64,000 nucleotides of DNA from Minisyncoccota bacterium (GTDB lineage: Bacteria; Patescibacteriota; Minisyncoccia; UBA6257; 2-01-FULL-56-20). Of this stretch, positions 39,089 through 48,515 are shown in pieces. Where the stretch lies: assembly GCA_035541415.1 (NCBI GenBank), contig DATKNI010000030.1, positions 1,621 through 65,620 on the forward strand, read 5' to 3'. Position 1 is the stretch's first letter. Every line of letters begins with the position of its first letter. The notes below the pieces were generated by a model, which worked only from the letters and a program-made list of their open reading frames with translations, made no database searches and had not been told where the DNA came from. The translations under genes and the position numbers were made by a program.

Positions 39089-40024
39089 ATGATTTACGAC
39101 CTTATCATTATCGGCGGCGGCCCCGGCGGCGTAGCCGCAGGCATTTATGCCGCACGCAAAAAAATGAAATCCGTTTTGATAACGGATTCGTTCGGCGGCC
39201 AATCGCTCAACTCCGCCGGCATCGAAAACTGGATCGGCACAAAAGCGATCTCGGGTTTTGATCTGGCAAAAAATCTTGAGGAACATCTGCGATCGCAGGC
39301 TGGCATCGAGATTGTTGCGCCGGACATGGTGACGAAGATCGAAAAGAAAGATGTGGGAATTCCAAACGGGGGATTTTTGGTCACCACGCAAAGCGGAAAA
39401 ACATTTGAAACAAAGTATGTGCTCGTCACGGCCGGCAGCCGGCGCAAACGCCTCGGCGTCCCGGGCGAAGACGCATTCGACGGCAAGGGCGTGGTGTTCT
39501 GTACCACGTGCGATGCGCCGCTCTTTGAAGGCAAGACGGTTGCCGTGGTGGGCGGCGGCAACTCGGCGCTCGAAAGCGTGCTCGACCTCATTCCCTATGC
39601 TTCAAAAATATATTTAATCGTCCGCTCGAATGTCCTGAAGGGCGATCCCGTTTCGCAGGAAAAAGTGAAAACCCATCCGCAAGTTACGATCATGTGGAAC
39701 ACCGTCATCGAAGAGATCCGCGGCGATAAGTTTGTGACGGGCGTCCGGTACAAAGACACGCAGACGGGCGAATCAAAAGAACTCGCCCTCGACGGCGTAT
39801 TCGTCGAAGTCGGCCTCACGCCGAATTCTGATTTCACGAAAGGGCTTTTGGAAACGGAGCAATATGGCCATATCCACGTTGACCATCAGACCCAGGCCAC
39901 GTCCCAGCCGGGCATCTGGGCGGCGGGGGATGTAACCGACGGCCTCTATCAGCAGAACAATATCTCCGTGGGCGACTCCATTAAGGCGGTTTTGAACATC
40001 TACGACAAGATTAAAACGGGATAA
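39089..40024 (+). CDS. trxB: thioredoxin-disulfide reductase
   Basis: FAD motif IIGGGPGG, redox-active CTTCD, NADPH motif VVGGGNSA. Confidence 0.8.
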   Translation: MIYDLIIIGGGPGGVAAGIYAARKKMKSVLITDSFGGQSLNSAGIENWIGTKAISGFDLAKNLEEHLRSQAGIEIVAPDMVTKIEKKDVGIPNGGFLVTTQSGKTFETKYVLVTAGSRRKRLGVPGEDAFDGKGVVFCTTCDAPLFEGKTVAVVGGGNSALESVLDLIPYASKIYLIVRSNVLKGDPVSQEKVKTHPQVTIMWNTVIEEIRGDKFVTGVRYKDTQTGESKELALDGVFVEVGLTPNSDFTKGLLETEQYGHIHVDHQTQATSQPGIWAAGDVTDGLYQQNNISVGDSIKAVLNIYDKIKTG

Positions 40025-40032
40025 ACCGGGGC

Positions 40033-40060
40033 TTGACGCAGGTAGACTCCCGAATATAAT
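40033..40060 (+). promoter_or_regulatory. groES-groEL promoter TTGACG-16-TATAAT
   Basis: Read directly upstream of the CIRCE element. Confidence 0.5.
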
Positions 40061-40065
40061 TGCTA

Positions 40066-40092
40066 TTGGCACTCTTTCGTCGGGAGTGCTAA
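40066..40092 (+). promoter_or_regulatory. CIRCE operator (HrcA binding site) TTGGCACTC-N9-GAGTGCTAA
   Basis: Near-perfect match to consensus TTAGCACTC-N9-GAGTGCTAA, 22 nt upstream of groES. Confidence 0.75.
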
Positions 40093-40113
40093 AATTTACC
40101 TACTATATAAAAA

Positions 40114-40404
40114 ATGAACGTAAAACCATTATCAAACCACGTGTTCCTCGAGGCGCTCGAAGAAGAAAAAACAACCGCAAGCGGCATCGTTTTGCCTGAC
40201 ACGGCAGAGAAGGAAAAGCCGGTAAAGGGCAAAGTGCTGGCCGTCGGCCCCGGCAAGGTCCAGGAAAACGGCACCGTGCGTCCGGTTGCAGTGAACGTGG
40301 GCGACGTCGTGCTTTTCAAAAAATATGGTCCCGATGAAATCGAGATCGAAGGGAAAAAATATTTGGTTGGCGACGAAGACGATATTCTCGCCGTCCTCGA
40401 ATAG
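40114..40404 (+). CDS. groES: co-chaperonin GroES
   Basis: 96 aa, KPL.D.V...ASGI..P motifs. Confidence 0.9.
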   Translation: MNVKPLSNHVFLEALEEEKTTASGIVLPDTAEKEKPVKGKVLAVGPGKVQENGTVRPVAVNVGDVVLFKKYGPDEIEIEGKKYLVGDEDDILAVLE

Positions 40405-40435
40405 GTCGCAAATCGGAATTATTAAAAATTTCTAA

Positions 40436-42109
<1,674 letters not shown>

Positions 42110-42700
42110 GATTGACCAAAGGGAGATAAAACAAAATTGCGTCTATGAAGGTACGTGGTTCGCGCGTGCTCGCGCGACCACTCAAGTCTCGGCGCCGTCG
42201 CGCCTCCGACAGCCCTTCATATCCGCAATTTTGCTTTATCTCCCTCTGGACTCCCTCTTTATAATCCCGGCTTGAACCTTTTCTTTTTTCTTGGCGCAGG
42301 TATATAGTGTGGCGGGAGGTGTGTTATGGGGAGGTTGGTTGTGGCGTTGCTTTTCTCGGGGATGATGGCGGTTTCTCTTTTCGCCAAGCAGACAGTTCCG
42401 GATTTCTCAAGGCGGACTGTTCCTGATGCACTGGAGAAGCCACGAGTGATTCAGGATCCTCGCATCCACGTCGGCGGTTTCCCAGCGATGATCATAAAAG
42501 TTCAAAAACGGCGCTGGGTGCCATTGCTCAAATTCAATCCACCCGAAGTGTTTGGCCCGAGGTGCGTGCGCAAGACCCCGTTCGGTCCATGCGAATAATA
42601 TATACGAATCCGTCCGCGATTTTCACCGCGAGCGGATTCTTTTTTTGGTGCGGCTTGCATATGCATAAGCACCAAAAAACGAGGCGCAATCGTATCTATA

Positions 42701-42728
42701 TTGAAAAATCTCCTAAATTTTGTATAAT
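42701..42728 (+). promoter_or_regulatory. sigma70-like promoter TTGAAA-16-TATAAT upstream of lemA
   Basis: Read directly; the -10 ends 7 nt before the lemA ATG at 42735 (near-leaderless). Confidence 0.45.
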
Positions 42729-42734
42729 ATCCTT

Positions 42735-43286
42735 ATGATCACTTGGATTGTTCTCGCAATCGTAGCCATCCTTATTATCTGGATTATTGCCGCTTTCAAC
42801 GGCCTTGTCCGCTTGCGCACCCGCGCCCAGGAAGGCTGGTCAGACATCGACGTCCAGCTCAAGCGCCGCTATGACCTCATCCCGAATCTCGTTGAAACCG
42901 TAAAGGGATATGCCGCCCACGAATCAAGCGTTTTTGAAAATGTCACGAAGGCTCGCTCCGTCGCCATGCAGACGACCGGCCCCGCAAAGGCTGACGCGGA
43001 GAACCAGCTCTCGGGCGCATTGAAGTCGCTCTTCGCCGTTGCGGAAAATTATCCGGACCTCAAGGCGAATCAGAACTTTTTGAATTTGCAGAACGAACTC
43101 ACCGATACCGAAGACAAAATTCAAGCGGCACGCCGCTTCTATAACGGCATGGTGCGCGACTTCAACACCAAGACGCAAACATTTCCGTCCAATCTCATTG
43201 CGAGCTCGTTCAACTTCAAGCCGATGCAGTTCTTCGGCGATGACATGACGGCGGCTGAACGGCAACCGGTGCAAGTAAAATTTTAA
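42735..43286 (+). CDS. lemA: LemA family protein
   Basis: N-terminal TM plus the LemA domain ([18 protein letters not shown]...NELT..E..I..AR..YN). Confidence 0.8.
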   Translation: MITWIVLAIVAILIIWIIAAFNGLVRLRTRAQEGWSDIDVQLKRRYDLIPNLVETVKGYAAHESSVFENVTKARSVAMQTTGPAKADAENQLSGALKSLFAVAENYPDLKANQNFLNLQNELTDTEDKIQAARRFYNGMVRDFNTKTQTFPSNLIASSFNFKPMQFFGDDMTAAERQPVQVKF

Positions 43287-43295
43287 CTGGTATTC

Positions 43296-43360
43296 GAAGA
43301 ATGGGTTTGTCCCTCGGAGCATACTAAGAATATATGCTCCTCGGAACAAGCCCATTCTTC
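43296..43360 (+). repeat. long imperfect palindrome (~27-bp arms) between lemA and htpX
   Basis: gaagaatgggtttgtccctcggagcat / atgctcctcggaacaagcccattcttc (23 of 27 positions pair) with an 11-nt loop, followed by an AT-rich tract. Confidence 0.4.
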
Positions 43361-43392
43361 TTCAACTCATTTTAAATTTTTATTTAATTTAT

Positions 43393-44313
43393 ATGGCTAC
43401 TTCTTCTAATGTTTACGCTCTCCAGTCGTCGAACATCCATAAGACATGGATGATGTTCGTCGTCTTTTTTATCGTGCTCGGCGCGCTGGGATATGCGATC
43501 TCGATGTACTACGGCGATCCAAGCTACCTGTACTTCGCGCTTATCTTCAGCGTGGTCTATTCGCTCATCAGCTATTATTCTTCGGCAAGCATTGCGCTCT
43601 CGCTTGCGCGCGCGCAGGAAATCCAAAAGAGCGATAACCCGATGCTGTGGAACATCGTTGAGAATCTTGCGATTGAAGAAGGCCTGCCGATGCCCAAGTT
43701 GTATATCACGCCCGAGCTGCAGATCAACGCATTCGCCACGGGACGCGATCCGCAGCATGCGGCTGTTGCCGTGACGCAGGGAGCATTGCAGCGGCTTGAT
43801 AAGAATGAACTGCAGGGCGTCCTCGCGCACGAAATTTCGCATGTGCAGAACCGCGACATTTTGGTTTCGACCGTCGCCGCAATTCTCGCCGGCGTCATTT
43901 CTTTGATCGCCGACATTTTTCTCCGCTCATTCATGTGGGGCGGCATCGGCGGCGGGCGGGGCGGGGGACGCAACAATAACGAAGTTGGCGGATTATTTTT
44001 CCTGCTCGCCATCGCCCTTTCGATCCTCGCGCCGATCGGCACGATGTTGATCCAGCTTGCCATCTCGCGCCGCCGCGAGGCGCTTGCCGACGCATCGGGC
44101 GTTTTGCTCACGCGCTATCCGGCGGGACTCATCTCCGCTTTGCAGAAGATCGGCGCCGACACCGTGCCGATGCGCTCCGCCAAGGATTCCACCGCGCATT
44201 TGTGGATCGATACGCCATTCAAGGGTGAGCACGTTTCGTGGTGGCACCGTATTTGGATGACGCATCCGCCGATCGAGGAGCGCATTGCCGCGCTCGAGAA
44301 GCTTGCGATGTAG
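43393..44313 (+). CDS. htpX: zinc metalloprotease HtpX (M48)
   Basis: HEISHV zinc motif, four TM segments, C-terminal Gly-rich insert. Confidence 0.85.
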   Translation: MATSSNVYALQSSNIHKTWMMFVVFFIVLGALGYAISMYYGDPSYLYFALIFSVVYSLISYYSSASIALSLARAQEIQKSDNPMLWNIVENLAIEEGLPMPKLYITPELQINAFATGRDPQHAAVAVTQGALQRLDKNELQGVLAHEISHVQNRDILVSTVAAILAGVISLIADIFLRSFMWGGIGGGRGGGRNNNEVGGLFFLLAIALSILAPIGTMLIQLAISRRREALADASGVLLTRYPAGLISALQKIGADTVPMRSAKDSTAHLWIDTPFKGEHVSWWHRIWMTHPPIEERIAALEKLAM

Positions 44314-44426
44314 TGGTCGTGTTTGCGATGAACCCTGCCGTCCGGCATGGTTCTTATTTTGCGACCTTGAAGATAAACGACTTTCAGGGCACAATAAGGT
44401 GCGAGCGCGCAACGCGTTCGGCATCT

Positions 44427-44513
44427 GGAGAGGTGCGTGAGCGGTTGAAACGGCAGTCCTGGAAAGACTGTATGCCAGAAATGGCATCGAGGGTTCGAAT
44501 CCCTCCCTCTCCG
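44427..44513 (+). tRNA. tRNA-Ser (anticodon GGA)
   Basis: Cloverleaf folded by hand: acceptor GGAGAGG/CCTCTCC, anticodon stem CAGTC/GACTG with loop CTGGAAA, long variable arm, T-arm GAGGG-TTCGAAT-CCCTC. No encoded CCA. Confidence 0.8.
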
Positions 44514-44520
44514 CGTTGAT

Positions 44521-44556
44521 GGGCTGAGGTAATTATCTCAGCCCATTTTATTTATC
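44521..44556 (+). terminator. rho-independent terminator (gggctgag-gtaattat-ctcagccc + ATTTTATTTAT)
   Basis: Perfect 8-bp stem with a T-rich tail directly after tRNA-Ser. Confidence 0.7.
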
Positions 44557-44577
44557 CCGTTATAGTACAGTTAATGG

Positions 44578-45138
44578 ATGGGGAAGGTTATTAATGGAGT
44601 GTTTCTCATTGTCCTCGTGGCTGTGTTTGGTTTTGTTTCGTCCGCTTCCGCCCATGTATGGCGGACGGATGGGAATATCACCGTGCTGTTACACGTAAAC
44701 CCTATCGACGCACCAGTCGCAGGACAACCTGCAGAACTTCTTTTCGGCATTACCGATGCCGCAAATCAATTTGCCACTGGCACTTGCCAGTGCAGTGTTG
44801 AGGTATCGGAAAACGGAAAGGTGTTATTGAACAAAGAACTTATCCCTTGGACGGGAGGCCCAAGTTTATTCACCTACGAGATGCCTTTCACATTTCCTAA
44901 TCCGGCGGTCTATAGTATTGTCGTGACGGGCAGTCCCAAGGCGAGCGGGACCTTCCAAAATTTCCAGGTTTCTTACGATGAGCGTGTGGGTAGAAATCCA
45001 AATGACCCCTCTGCCGATTCTGATCCGCTTTTCTATCTCGCGATGGGCGGGGTCGCCGTTTTGATCCTCGGTTCGCTATACTTAACCTATAGACAGGTAA
45101 AAAGAGAATGGAACGAAAATTCATCATCGGAGGCATAG
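44578..45138 (+). CDS. secreted membrane-anchored protein, YcnI/CopC-like with predicted N-terminal His after signal cleavage
   Basis: Signal peptide ending SASA|HVW, a beta-rich body and a C-terminal TM anchor. Paralogous in architecture to the next gene. Confidence 0.4.
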   Translation: MGKVINGVFLIVLVAVFGFVSSASAHVWRTDGNITVLLHVNPIDAPVAGQPAELLFGITDAANQFATGTCQCSVEVSENGKVLLNKELIPWTGGPSLFTYEMPFTFPNPAVYSIVVTGSPKASGTFQNFQVSYDERVGRNPNDPSADSDPLFYLAMGGVAVLILGSLYLTYRQVKREWNENSSSEA

Positions 45139-45701
45139 TGGCAGTAACGTTCGCATTCGCGGGCGCGCACCAAGCGTCCGCCCACGTCATTGTGACGCCA
45201 AGTAGCATAGGCATCGGCACGGATGACGTACCGTTTACGGCTGGCGTTCCCAATGAGAAAAATATTCCCGTCATAGGCCTTAAACTCCTCATTCCGTCAG
45301 GGTTGGCTGATGTTGTGCCAAACGTAAAACCGGGGTGGACGATCGCGGTCAAGAAAAATGGCGATCAGGTTACGGAAATCGATTGGGCTGGCGGCAGTAT
45401 CCCCGTGGGCGAGCGCGACCAGTTTACGTTCAGCGCCCAAGTCCCCGCTGATCCGGCCACGCTGGATTGGAAGGCATACCAGACGTATAAAGATGGGAGT
45501 GTTGTTTCGTGGGATGAGGATCCAAACGATCTTACCGCGACAAATCCTTATTCAGAAACACAAGTCATAGACGATCTTGCCCAAACGCAACCATCGTGGT
45601 TTGCAGAGAACGGGATAGCGCTGAGTTTTGCATTAAGCATCTTGGCTGTAATCATTTCGGCATATGCATTGAGAAAGGCGGCGGCGAACAAACGGCTATA
45701 G
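45108..45701 (+). CDS. YcnI-like (DUF1775) copper-binding cell-surface protein
   Basis: Signal peptide ending ASA|HVIVTP (mature N-terminal His), a DUF1775-like body (KPGWTIAVKKNGD...DW.GG.IP...D.F.F) and a C-terminal TM anchor. Confidence 0.5.
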   Translation: MERKFIIGGIVAVTFAFAGAHQASAHVIVTPSSIGIGTDDVPFTAGVPNEKNIPVIGLKLLIPSGLADVVPNVKPGWTIAVKKNGDQVTEIDWAGGSIPVGERDQFTFSAQVPADPATLDWKAYQTYKDGSVVSWDEDPNDLTATNPYSETQVIDDLAQTQPSWFAENGIALSFALSILAVIISAYALRKAAANKRL

Positions 45702-45806
45702 TGGTATGAAGCCCCGACGAGGCTATCCATACGGGTGGCCTTTTCTATTGCAAGGCAAGCGGGTGTATACTGTGGCTGAAAGGCGAAAATTAAAAATATT
45801 ATCAAT

Positions 45807-46574
45807 ATGACCACTCTATTAATCATCGTAGTTGTCATTCTCCTCGCCGGTATCCGGGTCGTCCAGCAATACCAAAAGGGCGTCGTGTTCCGTTTTGGGA
45901 AAATCGTAGGCCAGCGGGGGCCGGGCCTCACCTGGGTGATTCCGGTCTTTGACAGCTTGCGCCGCGTCGACTTGCGTACCGTCACATGGCCGGTGCCGGC
46001 GCAGAAGATTATCACAAAAGATAACGTGTCCGTCGATGTCTCGGCCGTTTCATATTACAAAATTGTCGATCCGGTAAAAAGCATCATTGCTATTCAAAGC
46101 GTGCGCGAAGCGATCGACCAGATCGCGCAAACCTCTCTCCGCAACGTCGTCGGCAAATTCCAGCTCGACGAAATCCTTTCCGAACGCGACGTGATCAACG
46201 CCGAGATCACCAAAATTCTCGATGCATTCACCGAGCAGTGGGGCGTCGTGGTTAGCGCGGTTGAAATCAAAGACATCCAGCTGCCGGAAGATATGCAGCG
46301 CGCGATTGCAAAGCAGGCAGAAGCAGAACGCGAAAAGCGCGCCAAGATCATTTCTGCGGAAGGCGAATTCCTTTCGGCGCAGAAGCTTGCGGATACCGCT
46401 GACATCATGATGGCGCATCCGATTGCGCTCCAGCTCCGCAATTTGCAGACGCTCGCCGAGATCGCAACGGAAAAGAATTCAACGATCATCTTCCCGGCTC
46501 AGCTCATGGGAACGGTGAATGATATCCAGAACTTCCTCAAGGAAGAGCAGACGAAGAAAAATCCTGGACGATAG
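45807..46574 (+). CDS. SPFH/band-7 (stomatin-like) protein
   Basis: N-terminal TM plus an SPFH domain (VVQQYQKGVVFRFGK...RV.LR...P.Q...T.DNV.V.VDAV.YYKI.DP). Confidence 0.8.
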   Translation: MTTLLIIVVVILLAGIRVVQQYQKGVVFRFGKIVGQRGPGLTWVIPVFDSLRRVDLRTVTWPVPAQKIITKDNVSVDVSAVSYYKIVDPVKSIIAIQSVREAIDQIAQTSLRNVVGKFQLDEILSERDVINAEITKILDAFTEQWGVVVSAVEIKDIQLPEDMQRAIAKQAEAEREKRAKIISAEGEFLSAQKLADTADIMMAHPIALQLRNLQTLAEIATEKNSTIIFPAQLMGTVNDIQNFLKEEQTKKNPGR

Positions 46575-46630
46575 TAAGCTTCCTGCCAAAATCGCTGGGA
46601 ATATTCGGTGTTTTCCTCTAAGATAGGGGA

Positions 46631-47893
46631 ATGGGATTTGGACCTAAAAAAGCAATCGCACTCATCATTTTGCTCGTGATTGCCGCGGCTCTCATCTATG
46701 CGTTTGTGCATGCTTCGCGCAACGTCACGGTGGGCGATGACACCGGAATAACCTCGGCTCAATCGGCGGATCATGCGGCGAGCGGCACGAGTACGAGCAC
46801 CGGCACGAGCGCCGGAACGAGCACGGTTTCGGCGAGTACGTCCGCAACCGGCACATCCGGGATCGGCGATCCGGCGGCGCCGATCACGCTCGATTTCAAT
46901 GAGGGCCAGTGGGACAATTCAACGACCACGCGCGTGGATGCGGCGACCTATGATGCAAAAGTGCTCGCGCTCGCAAATGTTCCCCTCAGAAAATATACGG
47001 TCACGTCAACGATCACGGTCGGAACGACCACGGCAGTGATCACAACGACCACGCTGAAACGCGCGCCGAGCGTCTGGCCGGTGACGGACGCGCCGTATCC
47101 GCTCGCGGGAGCGCTCTTGCCGTTCAATCGCATTGTTGCATACTACGGCAATTTTTATTCCACGCAGATGGGCGTGCTCGGCGAATATCCTCCGCAGGAA
47201 ATGCTTGCGAGACTCGCGTCAACGTCCGCGGCGTGGGCCGCAGCCGATCCTTCGACGCCGGTGATCCCCGCGCTCGACTACATTGCGGTTTCGGCGCAGG
47301 GGAGCGCGGGTTCCGACGGGAAGTATCGTTTGCGGATGCCGCCGGATCAGATTGAGAAAGCTATCGGCCTCGCAAACCAAGTGCACGGCATCGTTTTTCT
47401 CGATCTTCAGGTTGGCTTGAGCAGCGTTGAAACGGAAGTCCCGCTTCTCGAACAATTTTTGAAGATGCCAAACGTGGAGCTCTCGCTTGATCCCGAGTTC
47501 GATATGTGGGGCGGCCATCGGCCCGGCACGGTGATCGGCACGATGGATGCAAACGACATCAACTGGGCGGCGAATTATCTTGCGAACCTCGTGGCGGCCA
47601 ATAATCTGCCGCCGAAAATTCTCGTGGTGCACCGGTTCACCGAACCGATGGTCACGAACTATAAAAAGATTTTGCCCCTGCCGCAGGTGCAGATCGTGAT
47701 GGACATGGACGGCTTTGGCCCGCCCGCCCAGAAGCTCTCAACGTACAACGATTTCATCGCCCCGGAACCGGTCCAATTCACCGGGTTCAAGCTATTCTAT
47801 AAGAACGACATTCTGGTGCCGGGAAGCCATCTTTTGACCCCCAAGGAGCTCTTGGGGCTTTCTCCCCAGCCGAGTTATATCCAATACCAGTAA
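46631..47893 (+). CDS. hypothetical membrane-anchored extracytoplasmic protein with a Ser/Thr-rich linker
   Basis: N-terminal TM, a low-complexity S/T/G linker (GTSTSTGTSAGTSTVSASTSATGTSG), then a ~300-aa globular domain of unknown family, possibly a TIM-barrel hydrolase-like fold. Confidence 0.4.
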   Translation: MGFGPKKAIALIILLVIAAALIYAFVHASRNVTVGDDTGITSAQSADHAASGTSTSTGTSAGTSTVSASTSATGTSGIGDPAAPITLDFNEGQWDNSTTTRVDAATYDAKVLALANVPLRKYTVTSTITVGTTTAVITTTTLKRAPSVWPVTDAPYPLAGALLPFNRIVAYYGNFYSTQMGVLGEYPPQEMLARLASTSAAWAAADPSTPVIPALDYIAVSAQGSAGSDGKYRLRMPPDQIEKAIGLANQVHGIVFLDLQVGLSSVETEVPLLEQFLKMPNVELSLDPEFDMWGGHRPGTVIGTMDANDINWAANYLANLVAANNLPPKILVVHRFTEPMVTNYKKILPLPQVQIVMDMDGFGPPAQKLSTYNDFIAPEPVQFTGFKLFYKNDILVPGSHLLTPKELLGLSPQPSYIQYQ

Positions 47894-47958
47894 AAACCTC
47901 GGTTTTCACGGTTTTTGTTGAAAAAACAGGCCATTTTTGGTAGGCTAAGGGGGTAGTT

Positions 47959-48492
47959 ATGGACTCTGCTTATAAGGGCCAAATTCCCGATTCGGTTTTA
48001 CCGTATCCAAAAGGCCTTTGGAACCGAACTAAATACGCCTTTTGGAAGCTTATTTCCCCGGGGTATGTCCGGGGACGGGACACGCTTTTGCGTTTGGGCA
48101 TTATCCACCATGAAGGGCGGCAGAATTTTCTGATCGGAACATTAGCGCCCGGGGTGAAGCTTGAAGATTTTTTGGTTTATTTAAAAACCCAGCAATTTGG
48201 GAACCATTTTATTGCGTGGGAAGACGATGACGAACTCGTGAGCGTGCGTCGTCTGGATAATTTTGAATGGCAGTATCATCTCCGCGTTTTCAAAGATCGC
48301 GAGGTGCGCGGGCATTATGAGTACACGCCCGAAGCCCATCCGGCATGGCATTCCATGGAAGTGCGCTGGGAACCCCGCCGCGATGACTTCCTTAGGTTCT
48401 TGGGCGATTGGGTTATCCCAAGCAAGACCTTTCCCGAAGCCATCCCGCAAGCCGCGCAGATAAAAGCGCCACTCACAAAAGACGCAAAATAA
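47959..48492 (+). CDS. hypothetical protein
   Basis: 177 aa, AAGGGGG SD upstream, no recognisable motif. Confidence 0.35.
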   Translation: MDSAYKGQIPDSVLPYPKGLWNRTKYAFWKLISPGYVRGRDTLLRLGIIHHEGRQNFLIGTLAPGVKLEDFLVYLKTQQFGNHFIAWEDDDELVSVRRLDNFEWQYHLRVFKDREVRGHYEYTPEAHPAWHSMEVRWEPRRDDFLRFLGDWVIPSKTFPEAIPQAAQIKAPLTKDAK

Positions 48493-48515
48493 AATCTCCG
48501 CCCGCTGCGGAGATT

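Noticed and set aside
42150-42175. GC-rich hairpin cgcgcgtgctcgcgcg after groEL as terminator
   Set aside because: No downstream T-tract and a very short loop; insufficient evidence.
42326-42598. 90-aa ORF in the groEL-lemA intergenic region
   Set aside because: No SD, no motif, atypical composition (Arg/Pro/Val), and it lies in a 600-bp region that also contains the lemA promoter. Possibly a small secreted protein but unsupported, so not called.
44427-44600. Integrated mobile element at the tRNA-Ser genes (44427, 63442)
   Set aside because: No integrase, transposase, recombinase or att-like direct repeats found on either side within the window. The flanking genes (htpX, YcnI-like, hypotheticals) do not look phage- or plasmid-like.
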